Below, one piece after another: positions 46,503 to 54,797 of a DNA stretch of 64,000 bases. Source of the DNA: an uncultured Bacteroidaceae bacterium (GTDB taxonomy: Bacteria > Bacteroidota > Bacteroidia > Bacteroidales > JAADGE01); contig CAYYQW010000003.1 of the NCBI GenBank assembly GCA_964472505.1, positions 4,249-68,248 on the forward strand. The letters run 5' to 3'. The notes beneath the pieces are model-generated. The model searched no databases and was not told where the DNA came from. It saw only the letters and a program-made list of their open reading frames with translations. Position 1 is the stretch's first letter; each line of letters starts with the position of its first letter. Position numbers and translations under genes: made by a program.

Positions 46503-47777
46503 TCATACTTTTATTCCTACTATCACTACATCGTCGGTTTGTTCATTGTCGCCTTTCCAGCGGGTAAAGATTTTTTCGAGAATACTTTTTTGCATCTCCG
46601 GCTCGTAAGGAGATATTTCTAAAAGCAGTTTTCTGAATTTTTTACTTAAAAACTTTCTGTTTTTATTACCGCCAAATTGGTCTTGAAAGCCGTCGGAATA
46701 TATATATACAGTACTTCCTTTTTCGAGATTAAAATTGTGCAAATCATATTGTTTTTCTGTGCCTAAACCGCCTATGGCGCTGCGCGAAGCTTTTATGACT
46801 TCCATTTCGCCGTCTTTAACTATGCAGAGAGGATTTTTGGCTCCGGAATAGTACAGTTTGTTTTGCTCAGTATCAAAAGTCAATACGGCAATGTCCATGC
46901 CGTCGTTTACGCGTTTTTCGGCACTTTCTTTATTAAGGCTTGCCGTAATTTTTTTATTAAGCTCGTTTAATATTTCATCGGGCATTATGATTTTTTTATT
47001 TTCAATAATTTCGCTTAGGTAGTTGTAGCCCAACAGCGTCATGAATGCGCCCGGAACACCGTGCCCGGTACAATCGGCGGCTATGGCTATTTTGTAGTGA
47101 CCGATGCGGTGAAACCAATAAAAATCGCCGCTTACCATGCTGTGCGGTTTGAAAAAAGTGAATGCTTCATCAAAGAGCTTTTTCAGGTAATCCGGTTTGC
47201 CCAGAACAGCTTCTTGTATTCGAGATGCGTAGGTTATGCTGTCGGTAATATTTTTATTTTTCTCGGTAATTAATTCGTTTTGTTTCCGGATGCTTCGTTC
47301 CAAACGCAGACGTTCGCGAATATCTCTGGCATAAATAATAATTACGGGTTTATCATCATAAATGAGCACTTTGGCACTGCATTCAACATCAATGAGTTCG
47401 GCTTGTGCCGTGAGAAAGGGTAAATTTTGGTAAACCAAGCCTTTTTTCTCCCATACTTCGGCAATGGTCTCTGCGCTCAGTTTCCACAGCTCTCTGGGGT
47501 GTAGGTCGTGAATGGTTTTTTTTATCAATTTGGCATGCGGGTAGCCTAAAACTTTGGAAGCTTGATTATTGGCGTTATAAATTTTCCCGGTAGCAATATC
47601 AATGGTAAGAATAATGTCGTTGGCTTTTTTGCTGATGGTCTCGAAATTATGTTTTTCAATTTCAAGTTGGGCTGCTTTTTTTCGAGTATCTTCCAACCTG
47701 AAATAAAAGTTAGCCGCAAAAAACACGGCGAGCATCATCACAGAGCCAAAAACGGAATATATCAGCGGAAGTTCCAT
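46503..47777 (-). CDS. membrane-anchored PAS-PP2C (SpoIIE/RsbU-type) phosphatase
   Basis: 424 aa. N-terminal TM segment, a PAS block, a PP2C core SGDFYWF...ADCTGHGVPGAFM...YSDGF, and the C-terminus NEQTDDVVIVGIKV. Confidence 0.8.
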   Translation of the reverse strand: MELPLIYSVFGSVMMLAVFFAANFYFRLEDTRKKAAQLEIEKHNFETISKKANDIILTIDIATGKIYNANNQASKVLGYPHAKLIKKTIHDLHPRELWKLSAETIAEVWEKKGLVYQNLPFLTAQAELIDVECSAKVLIYDDKPVIIIYARDIRERLRLERSIRKQNELITEKNKNITDSITYASRIQEAVLGKPDYLKKLFDEAFTFFKPHSMVSGDFYWFHRIGHYKIAIAADCTGHGVPGAFMTLLGYNYLSEIIENKKIIMPDEILNELNKKITASLNKESAEKRVNDGMDIAVLTFDTEQNKLYYSGAKNPLCIVKDGEMEVIKASRSAIGGLGTEKQYDLHNFNLEKGSTVYIYSDGFQDQFGGNKNRKFLSKKFRKLLLEISPYEPEMQKSILEKIFTRWKGDNEQTDDVVIVGIKV

Positions 47778-47782
47778 AAGGG

Positions 47783-48763
47783 TTATTTTAGGTTTTCAAC
47801 AATGGGAAAAATACGTTTGGGGTTTAGAAATTCCCCTACGCGGTCGGAGCGAGAAGTAAAAACCACCGTACCTTCTTTATCAACCAAAAAAGATGCCGGC
47901 AGCGGCATGCCTTCGTCATGCTCGGCAGCGCCCATGAGTTCAAAGTCGGGCAGGCGAATGCCGTATTCTTGGGCGACTTTCATTTTTTCATCAGAGAGAA
48001 TAATATAGTCGATTCCGAGTTTTTTAGCCATTTCTCTGTTTATGCCGGCCGGGTCGGGGCCGATTGCCATGAGTATGATATTTTTTTCTTCGAACCGGTG
48101 GCTTTCATTCATGTATGTTCTCATAATCATGTGGCAATAGGGGCACCAATCGCCGCGTACAAAAATAAGCAGCACGTGGCGCTTGCCGTGATAGTCTGAA
48201 AGCCGAATGCCGTTGCCGTATTGATCGGGCAGCAGAAAATCCGGAGCTTTGACCCCCGGGCTTGCTTTGTAGCCGTTGCTTGCTCCTTTTTGCAGCATAA
48301 AAGCATTTTTTATGATAATGTGTGTATGCATCATTAGTATCACAATCGAAAGGTATGCCGGAAACAGATACAGCCATTTTTCCGGAAACAGCAAGAGTTT
48401 TATACCTACAAGAGCCATTGCCGCCATAAGCGTCATCAGCTCAAAATAGCGGAAACGTGCGTAGGCAAATATTTTTATAAAAACCATGCGTGTAATTAAT
48501 CCGGCCGTAAAAACCAGCATTGAAATGCCGGCATAAGGAAAACCGCCAATGCTGCGTTCCATTATCACCGCCAAAACTGCCGCAATTATCGGTAAAGAAA
48601 TGTGTTGAAAGCGGCTTGTGATTTTTTGATTATCAATTACGGCAAATATCAGTGCCACAGTGGCAGTTAATTCAGCGGCCAAATGGTAATTGTGGTAGCT
48701 TTGAAAAACGGCAAACGGCAATAACATAAGTGCCGAAAATGTGAGTATATTAATGTTTTTCAT
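47783..48763 (-). CDS. polytopic membrane domain fused to a C-terminal redoxin (AhpC/TSA-TlpA-like) domain
   Basis: 326 aa. About 5-6 hydrophobic helices are followed by LIFVRGDWCPYCHMIMRTY (CxxC). Confidence 0.65.
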   Translation of the reverse strand: MKNINILTFSALMLLPFAVFQSYHNYHLAAELTATVALIFAVIDNQKITSRFQHISLPIIAAVLAVIMERSIGGFPYAGISMLVFTAGLITRMVFIKIFAYARFRYFELMTLMAAMALVGIKLLLFPEKWLYLFPAYLSIVILMMHTHIIIKNAFMLQKGASNGYKASPGVKAPDFLLPDQYGNGIRLSDYHGKRHVLLIFVRGDWCPYCHMIMRTYMNESHRFEEKNIILMAIGPDPAGINREMAKKLGIDYIILSDEKMKVAQEYGIRLPDFELMGAAEHDEGMPLPASFLVDKEGTVVFTSRSDRVGEFLNPKRIFPIVENLK

Positions 48764-48817
48764 GACTTGCTTTTTTGGAGAATGCTTGGATAAATAATAC
48801 GCTTCTGTTTCATGACT

Positions 48818-49432
48818 TTATATCAGTATTCTTATAAATTGAACAAGGGCCGTAAGTGCAAATATGCCGCACATAATTTTGTTTATGTTTTTTGAGAGTG
48901 ATTGAACACTCTTTTTTATTTTAACTGCAAGATAAATAAAAAATTCCAATGTTAATAATTTTCCCGACAAAACACCGATTAAAAAAAATGCAAGGAACTC
49001 CGGTTTCTGCTCAAGCCAACTTTCCGAAAACAAGTAAACTACGGTAATAAGCCCAAAAGCAAATACTTGTAAACTTATCATATTTAAAACCAAACCTTTA
49101 ACAAAATAAAGTTTGTAAGTGTTTTTTGCTGTGTTTGTTTGTGGTTTTCTGAAAAAAAAGTGTAAGGAAGCACCGGATGCTACAATTATGGTTATGATTT
49201 TTATAATAATACTGTCTGTAAAAAAATCTTTTAACACTAAGCCGAAAATAATGGCCAAAGCAGCAAATATTCCTTCTGTGAAGGCTGCTCCGAGAGATAT
49301 CCGGCGAGCTTGTTTACTGCTTTGATGCATGGTGGTATCAATTATTGATAAATTAACCAAACCCGGCGGCAAAGCTGCAATGATACAAGCAAAGAGTCCG
49401 ATAAAAAAATATGTTATTATTCCGATTATCAT
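48818..49432 (-). CDS. LysE/RhtB-family amino-acid exporter
   Basis: 204 aa. Six hydrophobic segments and an N-terminal PPGLVNL-type motif. Confidence 0.65.
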   Translation of the reverse strand: MIIGIITYFFIGLFACIIAALPPGLVNLSIIDTTMHQSSKQARRISLGAAFTEGIFAALAIIFGLVLKDFFTDSIIIKIITIIVASGASLHFFFRKPQTNTAKNTYKLYFVKGLVLNMISLQVFAFGLITVVYLFSESWLEQKPEFLAFFLIGVLSGKLLTLEFFIYLAVKIKKSVQSLSKNINKIMCGIFALTALVQFIRILI

Positions 49433-49520
49433 TGTGTTTCTTTAAGTGTTCGGTTATTTAATCTGCTATATTATTTGCAAAAAAATCAGCAAGCGTATTA
49501 TTTTGTGAGACCAATGGGTT

Positions 49521-50237
49521 TTATTTGAATTTTTCAAACCATTCAGCTATTTCGTTGCGAGAAATGTATCCGTATTTTTCCGACATCTTTTGGCCGTTTT
49601 TGTATATGGCAAAATACGGAACTGCACCAAGTTTTAGTTTTTTTATTAAGCGTTTGCTTGCATCTGCATTTATTTTCTCAATTTGGTAGCTGCCGTGGTA
49701 TTCTGTTTTTAAGCTGTCAATCATGGGCATCATTTTTCGGCAAGGGGCACACCATGGCGCATAAAAATCTATCAGTACGGGTTTTTCCGAAGCAATCAGT
49801 TTTTCAAATTCTTCGGGGCTTATTCGGTCGGTTTCATCCGGTTTGGCATCCGGTTCAGAAACGGTTGGGTAGTCCAGCAGATTCCATTCCATAATGCCTT
49901 GTTTAAGATTATATACTTTTTCGTAACCGTTTTCGGCCAAGATTTCAGCGGCTTTTTCACTTCGATATCCGGTATTACAGTACAGGTAAATGGCTTGGTC
50001 TTTTGGGAGCAAGAGTAAGTTACGTTTGAAGCTGAAACTGTAATAATTTAACTGTGCCGCATGGCTTATGTGTTCGTTTTTATACTCATTTTCGGTGCGT
50101 ACGTCAATCAGGCTTACCTTTTTTTGAGAAATTAATTCTTTAAACTGTTTTGAGTTTATATTTATATATGTGTTTGGCTGAGATGCTGCAAATGATATAA
50201 AAAAGCTGAGAATGAGTGAGATTATAATGGTTTTCAT
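49521..50237 (-). CDS. secreted rhodanese-thioredoxin fusion protein
   Basis: 238 aa. Signal peptide present. Rhodanese active-site loop YLYCNTGYRSEKAAE. Thioredoxin motif FYAPWCAPCRKM. Confidence 0.75.
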   Translation of the reverse strand: MKTIIISLILSFFISFAASQPNTYININSKQFKELISQKKVSLIDVRTENEYKNEHISHAAQLNYYSFSFKRNLLLLPKDQAIYLYCNTGYRSEKAAEILAENGYEKVYNLKQGIMEWNLLDYPTVSEPDAKPDETDRISPEEFEKLIASEKPVLIDFYAPWCAPCRKMMPMIDSLKTEYHGSYQIEKINADASKRLIKKLKLGAVPYFAIYKNGQKMSEKYGYISRNEIAEWFEKFK

Positions 50238-50239
50238 CG

Positions 50240-50938
50240 CTAAAGTGTTTTTGTGTTATGAATTCTGTTTCTTGCATGGAATTTTTGCGTTATTGTGTTA
50301 TAATCTCGGGCTGTTTTGCTGTTTGTTTTTAAACCGGTTTCAACTGATTTACAGTATTCATCACTCATATCAATAAATGCCGGGCCTGTGGTGGTTCGAA
50401 TTCGTTCTTTTTCTATTTCAAATATTTCACTGTCTTCCGTTATGTTGCCTTTGTAAGAATTTGAGCCGTATATATGCAGCGTCATAAATGCTTTATCGGA
50501 TAAATTGCCCATGGCATGAATCATTTTGCCGCATACGGGAGCTATGCTTCCTTTTCTGATTGTTTCGGATAAAACCAAATCTATGAATTTTCCTTCGACT
50601 GAATAGAGTCGGTGGTTAGCGTTGCCCAAAAAAAAGACGGCACCCCATTCTGAGTGTCCGTGGCTGTGAATGGCGGTAAAATCACCCGGGTTCCAGCTCA
50701 TGGCGTAGATACCGAAATTATCTGTTTTATATATTTCGCAACGTCCGTAACTTTCTTGTTTCGGGTGCTTGTATTGTGCATATTGTTCAACATCCTGTTG
50801 TCGGATATTGACTTGCTTAATAATGTTTACAAGTTTCTTGTTATCCGGAGTTTCGGTATTTTGAATTTTATCAATCAAAACGGATAGTTTGTCGCTTGTT
50901 TTCATCACGTTTAATATTTTAAGAAACTCTGCCGGCAT
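50240..50938 (-). CDS. cysteine dioxygenase type I-like cupin protein
   Basis: 232 aa. WNPGDFTAIHSHGHSEWG parallels the bacterial CDO block WxPGxxTxIHxHGxS. The second cupin motif is PVCGKMIHAMGN. It lies 2 nt from the rhodanese-thioredoxin gene. Confidence 0.5.
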   Translation of the reverse strand: MPAEFLKILNVMKTSDKLSVLIDKIQNTETPDNKKLVNIIKQVNIRQQDVEQYAQYKHPKQESYGRCEIYKTDNFGIYAMSWNPGDFTAIHSHGHSEWGAVFFLGNANHRLYSVEGKFIDLVLSETIRKGSIAPVCGKMIHAMGNLSDKAFMTLHIYGSNSYKGNITEDSEIFEIEKERIRTTTGPAFIDMSDEYCKSVETGLKTNSKTARDYNTITQKFHARNRIHNTKTL

Positions 50939-50966
50939 TATATTCCGGCAGAGTTTGGAAAATTAT

Positions 50967-51521
50967 TTATTTGATTGTATATATTCCTTTGAAGGTAACT
51001 TCAATATCATCGGCTACATTGTTTTCCTTTTTCTTGCTTTGAGGTTTTCCTACATTGTATTGCCCTATTTGCTTAACTGTAAAAACCGAGCTTGCTGTTA
51101 TTTTGTTGTCTTTTACTTCAATGGTTCCTTGCTCGCTTATGTTTTTAGTTACATCACGTATTGTCAAATCGCCGCTTACCGCAACTTCGTACGTTCCGTC
51201 GGTATCCCATTTTACGTCCGATAAATTTTGAATTTTACCTTTAAAAGTTATTTTCGGGTATTTGGATGAGTGCATGAAATTTTCCTGATTAAAGTGTTTT
51301 TGCATCAAGGCTTTTTCAAATTCAAATGCTTGCACAGGTATGGAAAATGCCATTTCTCCGTTTTGTGTGTCAAGGGTTGAGCTTACTTTGTAATTGTTAG
51401 CCGTAATGTTTTCCGCTACGGTGTTTGAAAAAATTATGGCGTGGCCGCCTCGGGTCATGTACTTTTGTGCGCTTACAAAAGAGGGAATTAAAATTGCGAT
51501 TAAAATGATTAGTTTTTTCAT
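50967..51521 (-). CDS. YceI-family periplasmic protein
   Basis: 184 aa. Signal peptide present, with the size and beta-barrel pattern of the YceI family. Confidence 0.6.
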   Translation of the reverse strand: MKKLIILIAILIPSFVSAQKYMTRGGHAIIFSNTVAENITANNYKVSSTLDTQNGEMAFSIPVQAFEFEKALMQKHFNQENFMHSSKYPKITFKGKIQNLSDVKWDTDGTYEVAVSGDLTIRDVTKNISEQGTIEVKDNKITASSVFTVKQIGQYNVGKPQSKKKENNVADDIEVTFKGIYTIK

Positions 51522-51582
51522 GATTTTTAAATTTTAATGATTACTAAATTTGAGAAAATTATTTGTTGATACTTTTTTGAGT

Positions 51583-52029
51583 TTATTCTATCAGGTCGCA
51601 TTTTTCAAGTATGGCATATTCGGTTATGTCTAAAAATTCATCATAGCCGGCTCCTAATCTTACCACACCTTTAATGCTGATCTCGTCGCCCGGTTTAAGT
51701 TTATCGGCGGCAGATTTACTCGCCTCGGTGAAAGTGCAATTTATTCCGGCTTTATCGGTCTTAAGACTTACTACCTTCTGTTTTAATTGGTCTTCTGATA
51801 TTTCGCTTACTTCACCGGTTACGATTATTACTTTATCGAGGTATTTTTCGTTACTTTTCTCCGGCTGCTCAATAAATTCGTTTACTAAGCTGTTAGCTTT
51901 CAGACGGTAGCTTGCTTCTTCGCCTTGTATGTCGCGATGCGGCATGTTAAACAAGTAGATTATAACAACTGCTCCGATTGCTGCGGCAATACCGCCTCCG
52001 ATTAATCCGTACTTTACGATTTTTTTCAT
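51583..52029 (-). CDS. membrane-anchored OB-fold (tRNA_anti-like) protein
   Basis: MKKIVKYGLIGGGIAAAIGAVVIIYLF TM anchor, then YLDKVIIVTGEVSEIS...ISIKGVV. The ORF-track start at 52125 is a TTG. The internal Met (residue 33 of the track ORF) is the likely start. Confidence 0.55.
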   Translation of the reverse strand: MKKIVKYGLIGGGIAAAIGAVVIIYLFNMPHRDIQGEEASYRLKANSLVNEFIEQPEKSNEKYLDKVIIVTGEVSEISEDQLKQKVVSLKTDKAGINCTFTEASKSAADKLKPGDEISIKGVVRLGAGYDEFLDITEYAILEKCDLIE

Positions 52030-52520
52030 GTGCTTTGATTTTTTGTTATGACTATTTAAACTGTGAAATGTATTTCGTTTTTTAGTTTCATTTGAATAGT
52101 CGTTGGCTTTTTTAATTCCTGACAAATTTATCTGAATATTATTAATTATCAGTAAATTTAACTGTATTTCAGTTATTTATATTTACTTTAAATAATATCT
52201 GAGAATATTCAAGTGGTTTCTTTTGAAACTAATTAGGCGTTTAAACCACTCTCGGCGCGTTTTGAAAATGCACCGAGAGTAAAGCATAAACCCGTGTAAC
52301 CGCTCCAAGCTGCCCACACGTTTTGAAGTCCTTCCTTAGACTGATGCTCAGGAACCGCCGGACGTTCAAAAGTGTTTCAATCTTCCTCAGCCATAAGCCA
52401 AAACCCGCTGTCAAACTTACAGCCAAGTCCCCCTGCCGGCGAATTAGAGCATAGCCGTTAAGTTAAGACAATTATAATATGATTTTAATTAGCTCTGTGC
52501 CTTAGTGTTTGGCAGAAAAC

Positions 52521-52559
52521 CCTGCGCCCGTGTGGTGTTTTCACCGCACGGAATTTTAA
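52521..52559 (-). repeat. 39-nt motif, copy B (inverted relative to 16202..16240)
   Basis: See copy A. Here the motif forms a 10-bp hairpin: ccgtgtggtg-tttt-caccgcacgg on the plus strand. Confidence 0.6.
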
Positions 52560-52630
52560 AGCCGCCTATTTTGCGTCAGGTGAAAACACTTTACGCGCGC
52601 AGTATTCAATGGTTTTATTTTGAGAGGGAA

Positions 52631-52891
52631 TTATTTAGATTTCTCTTCTAATTTTTCTTTTAATTCTTTAGTGAATTTTTGGAGATCCACCGTATGGAGC
52701 ACACCATTTTTCTCAATAGCCGAGTCTATCAGTTTGCTTTGGTTTTCATATCGGCGGCAGGCATTGCACATGCTTTTGTGAAGAGAAAGGCGTATTTTTT
52801 CAGAAATACTTAGTTTTGTATATAGTTTTTTTTCAATAAGCTCGGTAGCTTTTAAGCAGGACAGTAGCAAGAAGCGCATTATTTTCTTCAT
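52631..52891 (-). CDS. small soluble zinc-binding (ZAS-type) anti-sigma factor
   Basis: 86 aa. HKSMCNAC matches the Hx3Cx2C motif, and there is an upstream Cys (LLSCLKA). No TM segment. It lies 5 nt downstream of the ECF sigma gene. Confidence 0.55.
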   Translation of the reverse strand: MKKIMRFLLLSCLKATELIEKKLYTKLSISEKIRLSLHKSMCNACRRYENQSKLIDSAIEKNGVLHTVDLQKFTKELKEKLEEKSK

Positions 52892-52896
52892 AACAA

Positions 52897-53442
52897 TTAT
52901 CTCTTAAACCAATTATTCTCAACACAATAGCGTAATTCTAATTTTGCTCTGTGTGTTATTTGCCACATATTAGTCGTGCTGATATCCAGTTCCTGACATA
53001 TTTTGTCCGCTTTTCTTTCATGTAAATATTTCATGCGTATAAGTGCCGACCATTGCCCGGGTAGGTTCTCAATACACCAATTCAGTATTTTTCTGAATTC
53101 CTCGTTGTCTAAAAGATGTTTTTCATCTTCCTGCCAATCATTTGGACGCGATTCGGATTTCCATTCTCCGTCCGGCGTAAAAAAACGGCTTGGATTTTCG
53201 ATATTTGTTTTTTGAGGTTCGCGATATTTTTTTCTGTAATAATCGCTGATTTTGTTTTTAAGAATGGAAAAAATCCAAGTTTTTGCTTTGCTGTCTCCTT
53301 TAAATTTACCAATGTTTTCAGCTACGGCAAAGAAGGTGTCTTGTATGATGTCTTTTGCCGTTTCTTCGTTTGGTATCTTGTGCAAAGTCCACGACAGCAT
53401 TTCCGGCGTATATTCGTCAATCCACTGATTAATAATATCCAT
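52897..53442 (-). CDS. ECF-type RNA polymerase sigma-70 factor
   Basis: 181 aa. Region 2 DIIQDTFFAV...KTWIFSILKNKISDYYRK. Region 4 ELDISTTNMWQITHRAKLELR. Confidence 0.85.
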   Translation of the reverse strand: MDIINQWIDEYTPEMLSWTLHKIPNEETAKDIIQDTFFAVAENIGKFKGDSKAKTWIFSILKNKISDYYRKKYREPQKTNIENPSRFFTPDGEWKSESRPNDWQEDEKHLLDNEEFRKILNWCIENLPGQWSALIRMKYLHERKADKICQELDISTTNMWQITHRAKLELRYCVENNWFKR

Positions 53443-53510
53443 TTGCTTAGAATTGTTTGGTAAAAATATAATTTATAATCGGAAATTCAAATTGTAAGAA
53501 CCGGCTGCCG

Positions 53511-53548
53511 AAAAAAAAGGCCGCTTCTTTAAAGAAGCAGCCTTTTTC
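53511..53548 (-). terminator. rho-independent terminator downstream of gap
   Basis: Minus sense reads aaggctgcttc-tttaaa-gaagcggcctt followed by T8. Confidence 0.75.
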
Positions 53549-53569
53549 GGAAAATGATAAACAATTAAA

Positions 53570-54574
53570 TTATACTAATTTGTCGAGCAAATCAACTACT
53601 CTTGCCGAGTAACCCCACTCATTATCATACCATGAGAGTACTTTAACCATTCTGCCTTCCGCCATTGTGGCTTGGGCGTCAAAGATTGATGAGTGATAAT
53701 TGTGTATCACATCGGTGGATACAATCGGATCTTCGGTATATTCCAAAATGCCTTTCATGGGGCCTTCAGCGGCTTCTTTCATGGCGGCATTAATTTCTTC
53801 CACACTTACTTCTTTTTTCATATAAACCACTAAATCAACCAATGAGCCGGTGGGCGTGGGAACGCGTGTGGCCATACCGTTGAGTTTTCCTTTCAATTCC
53901 GGAATGACTACACCTACCGCTTTGGCTGCTCCGGTAGTGGTCGGGATGATAGACATGGCGGCTGAACGTGCTCTTCGTAAGTCGCTGTGCGGGGCATCCA
54001 ATATGTTTTGGTCGTTGGTGTATGAGTGGATGGTGTTCATTAGTCCGCTTTCAATACCAAACTTGTCATTCAATACTTTAGCTACGGGAGCCAAGCAGTT
54101 GGTAGTACATGATGCGTTTGATACGCAGGTGTCGCTCTCTTGTAAGTGGTCATCGTTTACACCCAATACAATCATGCGGTCTATGGTATCTTTTGCGGGA
54201 ACGCAAAGGATAACTTTTTTGGCGCCGGCTTTCAGGTGGTCGCCGTATCCGCCTTTGTCGCTTTCGCGCACGCGGAATACGCCGGTACATTCTACTACTA
54301 CATCCGGAGTTTGTGCCCATTTGATGTCGGCGGGATTGCGCTCGGCAGTTACGCCTACTTTTTTCCCGTTTACAATCAGTCCGTCGGCATCGTGTTCTAC
54401 GGTTCCGTCAAACAAGCCTTGTGTAGAGTCGTATTTTAAAAGGTGAGCGAGTACTTTATTGTCGGTCAAGTCGTTTACGCCAACTATTTCGTGGTCTGTT
54501 TTTTCCAAAATAATTTTGAAAACGTTGCGTCCTATTCTTCCGAATCCGTTAATTCCTACTTTTACTTTTGCCAT
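53570..54574 (-). CDS. gap: type I glyceraldehyde-3-phosphate dehydrogenase
   Basis: 334 aa. GINGFGRIGRNV, active site SNASCTTNCLAP, WYDNEWGYS. Confidence 0.9.
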   Translation of the reverse strand: MAKVKVGINGFGRIGRNVFKIILEKTDHEIVGVNDLTDNKVLAHLLKYDSTQGLFDGTVEHDADGLIVNGKKVGVTAERNPADIKWAQTPDVVVECTGVFRVRESDKGGYGDHLKAGAKKVILCVPAKDTIDRMIVLGVNDDHLQESDTCVSNASCTTNCLAPVAKVLNDKFGIESGLMNTIHSYTNDQNILDAPHSDLRRARSAAMSIIPTTTGAAKAVGVVIPELKGKLNGMATRVPTPTGSLVDLVVYMKKEVSVEEINAAMKEAAEGPMKGILEYTEDPIVSTDVIHNYHSSIFDAQATMAEGRMVKVLSWYDNEWGYSARVVDLLDKLV

Positions 54575-54797
54575 GTTATTATAATTTTAAAGATGAATAA
54601 TCTTTTGTTTCAAATACACTACAAATTTATAAATATTATCGAAACTTAAAATTGATTAATGTCATAATGCAGGTTTTCAGCGAATTTCAAACGTTTTCGG
54701 AAAGTAATTTTAACATTTTTAACATTTGGGCGGATGAAAAATTCTTCAAATTGTCCCAAAAGAGATTCGAAGGTGTTTCCGGTTATTTTATGCTTGT

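Noticed and set aside
51583-52125. There is an apparent pair of compensating frameshifts in the OB-fold gene. My hand count of the T-runs near 52021-52027 and 52078-52083 disagreed with the ORF-track translation.
   Set aside because: The ORF track is computed from the sequence and is internally consistent. My homopolymer counting by eye is the more likely error, so I report no frameshift here.
52404-52433. The minus-sense sequence GGGGGACTTGGCTGTAAGTTTGACAGCGGG resembles the 5' acceptor/GACAGCGGG start of Bacteroidota tmRNA.
   Set aside because: I found no tag-encoding reading frame (no ...ALAA-stop), no T-arm GGTTCGAnTCC and no matching 3' acceptor strand within the next 400 nt, which run into AT-rich sequence and the OB-fold gene. 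I treat it as coincidence or at most a fragment.
52241-52440. Possible RNase P RNA, SRP RNA or 6S RNA in the GC-rich part of the spacer.
   Set aside because: The diagnostic strings are absent on both strands. There is no GAGGAAAGTCCGGGC-like CR-I and no GGAAGGAAGCAGC SRP domain IV. The 5' and 3' halves are not complementary, as a 6S RNA would require.
16202-52559. The two inverted 39-nt motif copies could bound a 36-kb invertible segment.
   Set aside because: The repeats are short and imperfect, no recombinase gene lies near either copy, and the enclosed genes are ordinary housekeeping genes. Nothing in the sequence supports inversion.
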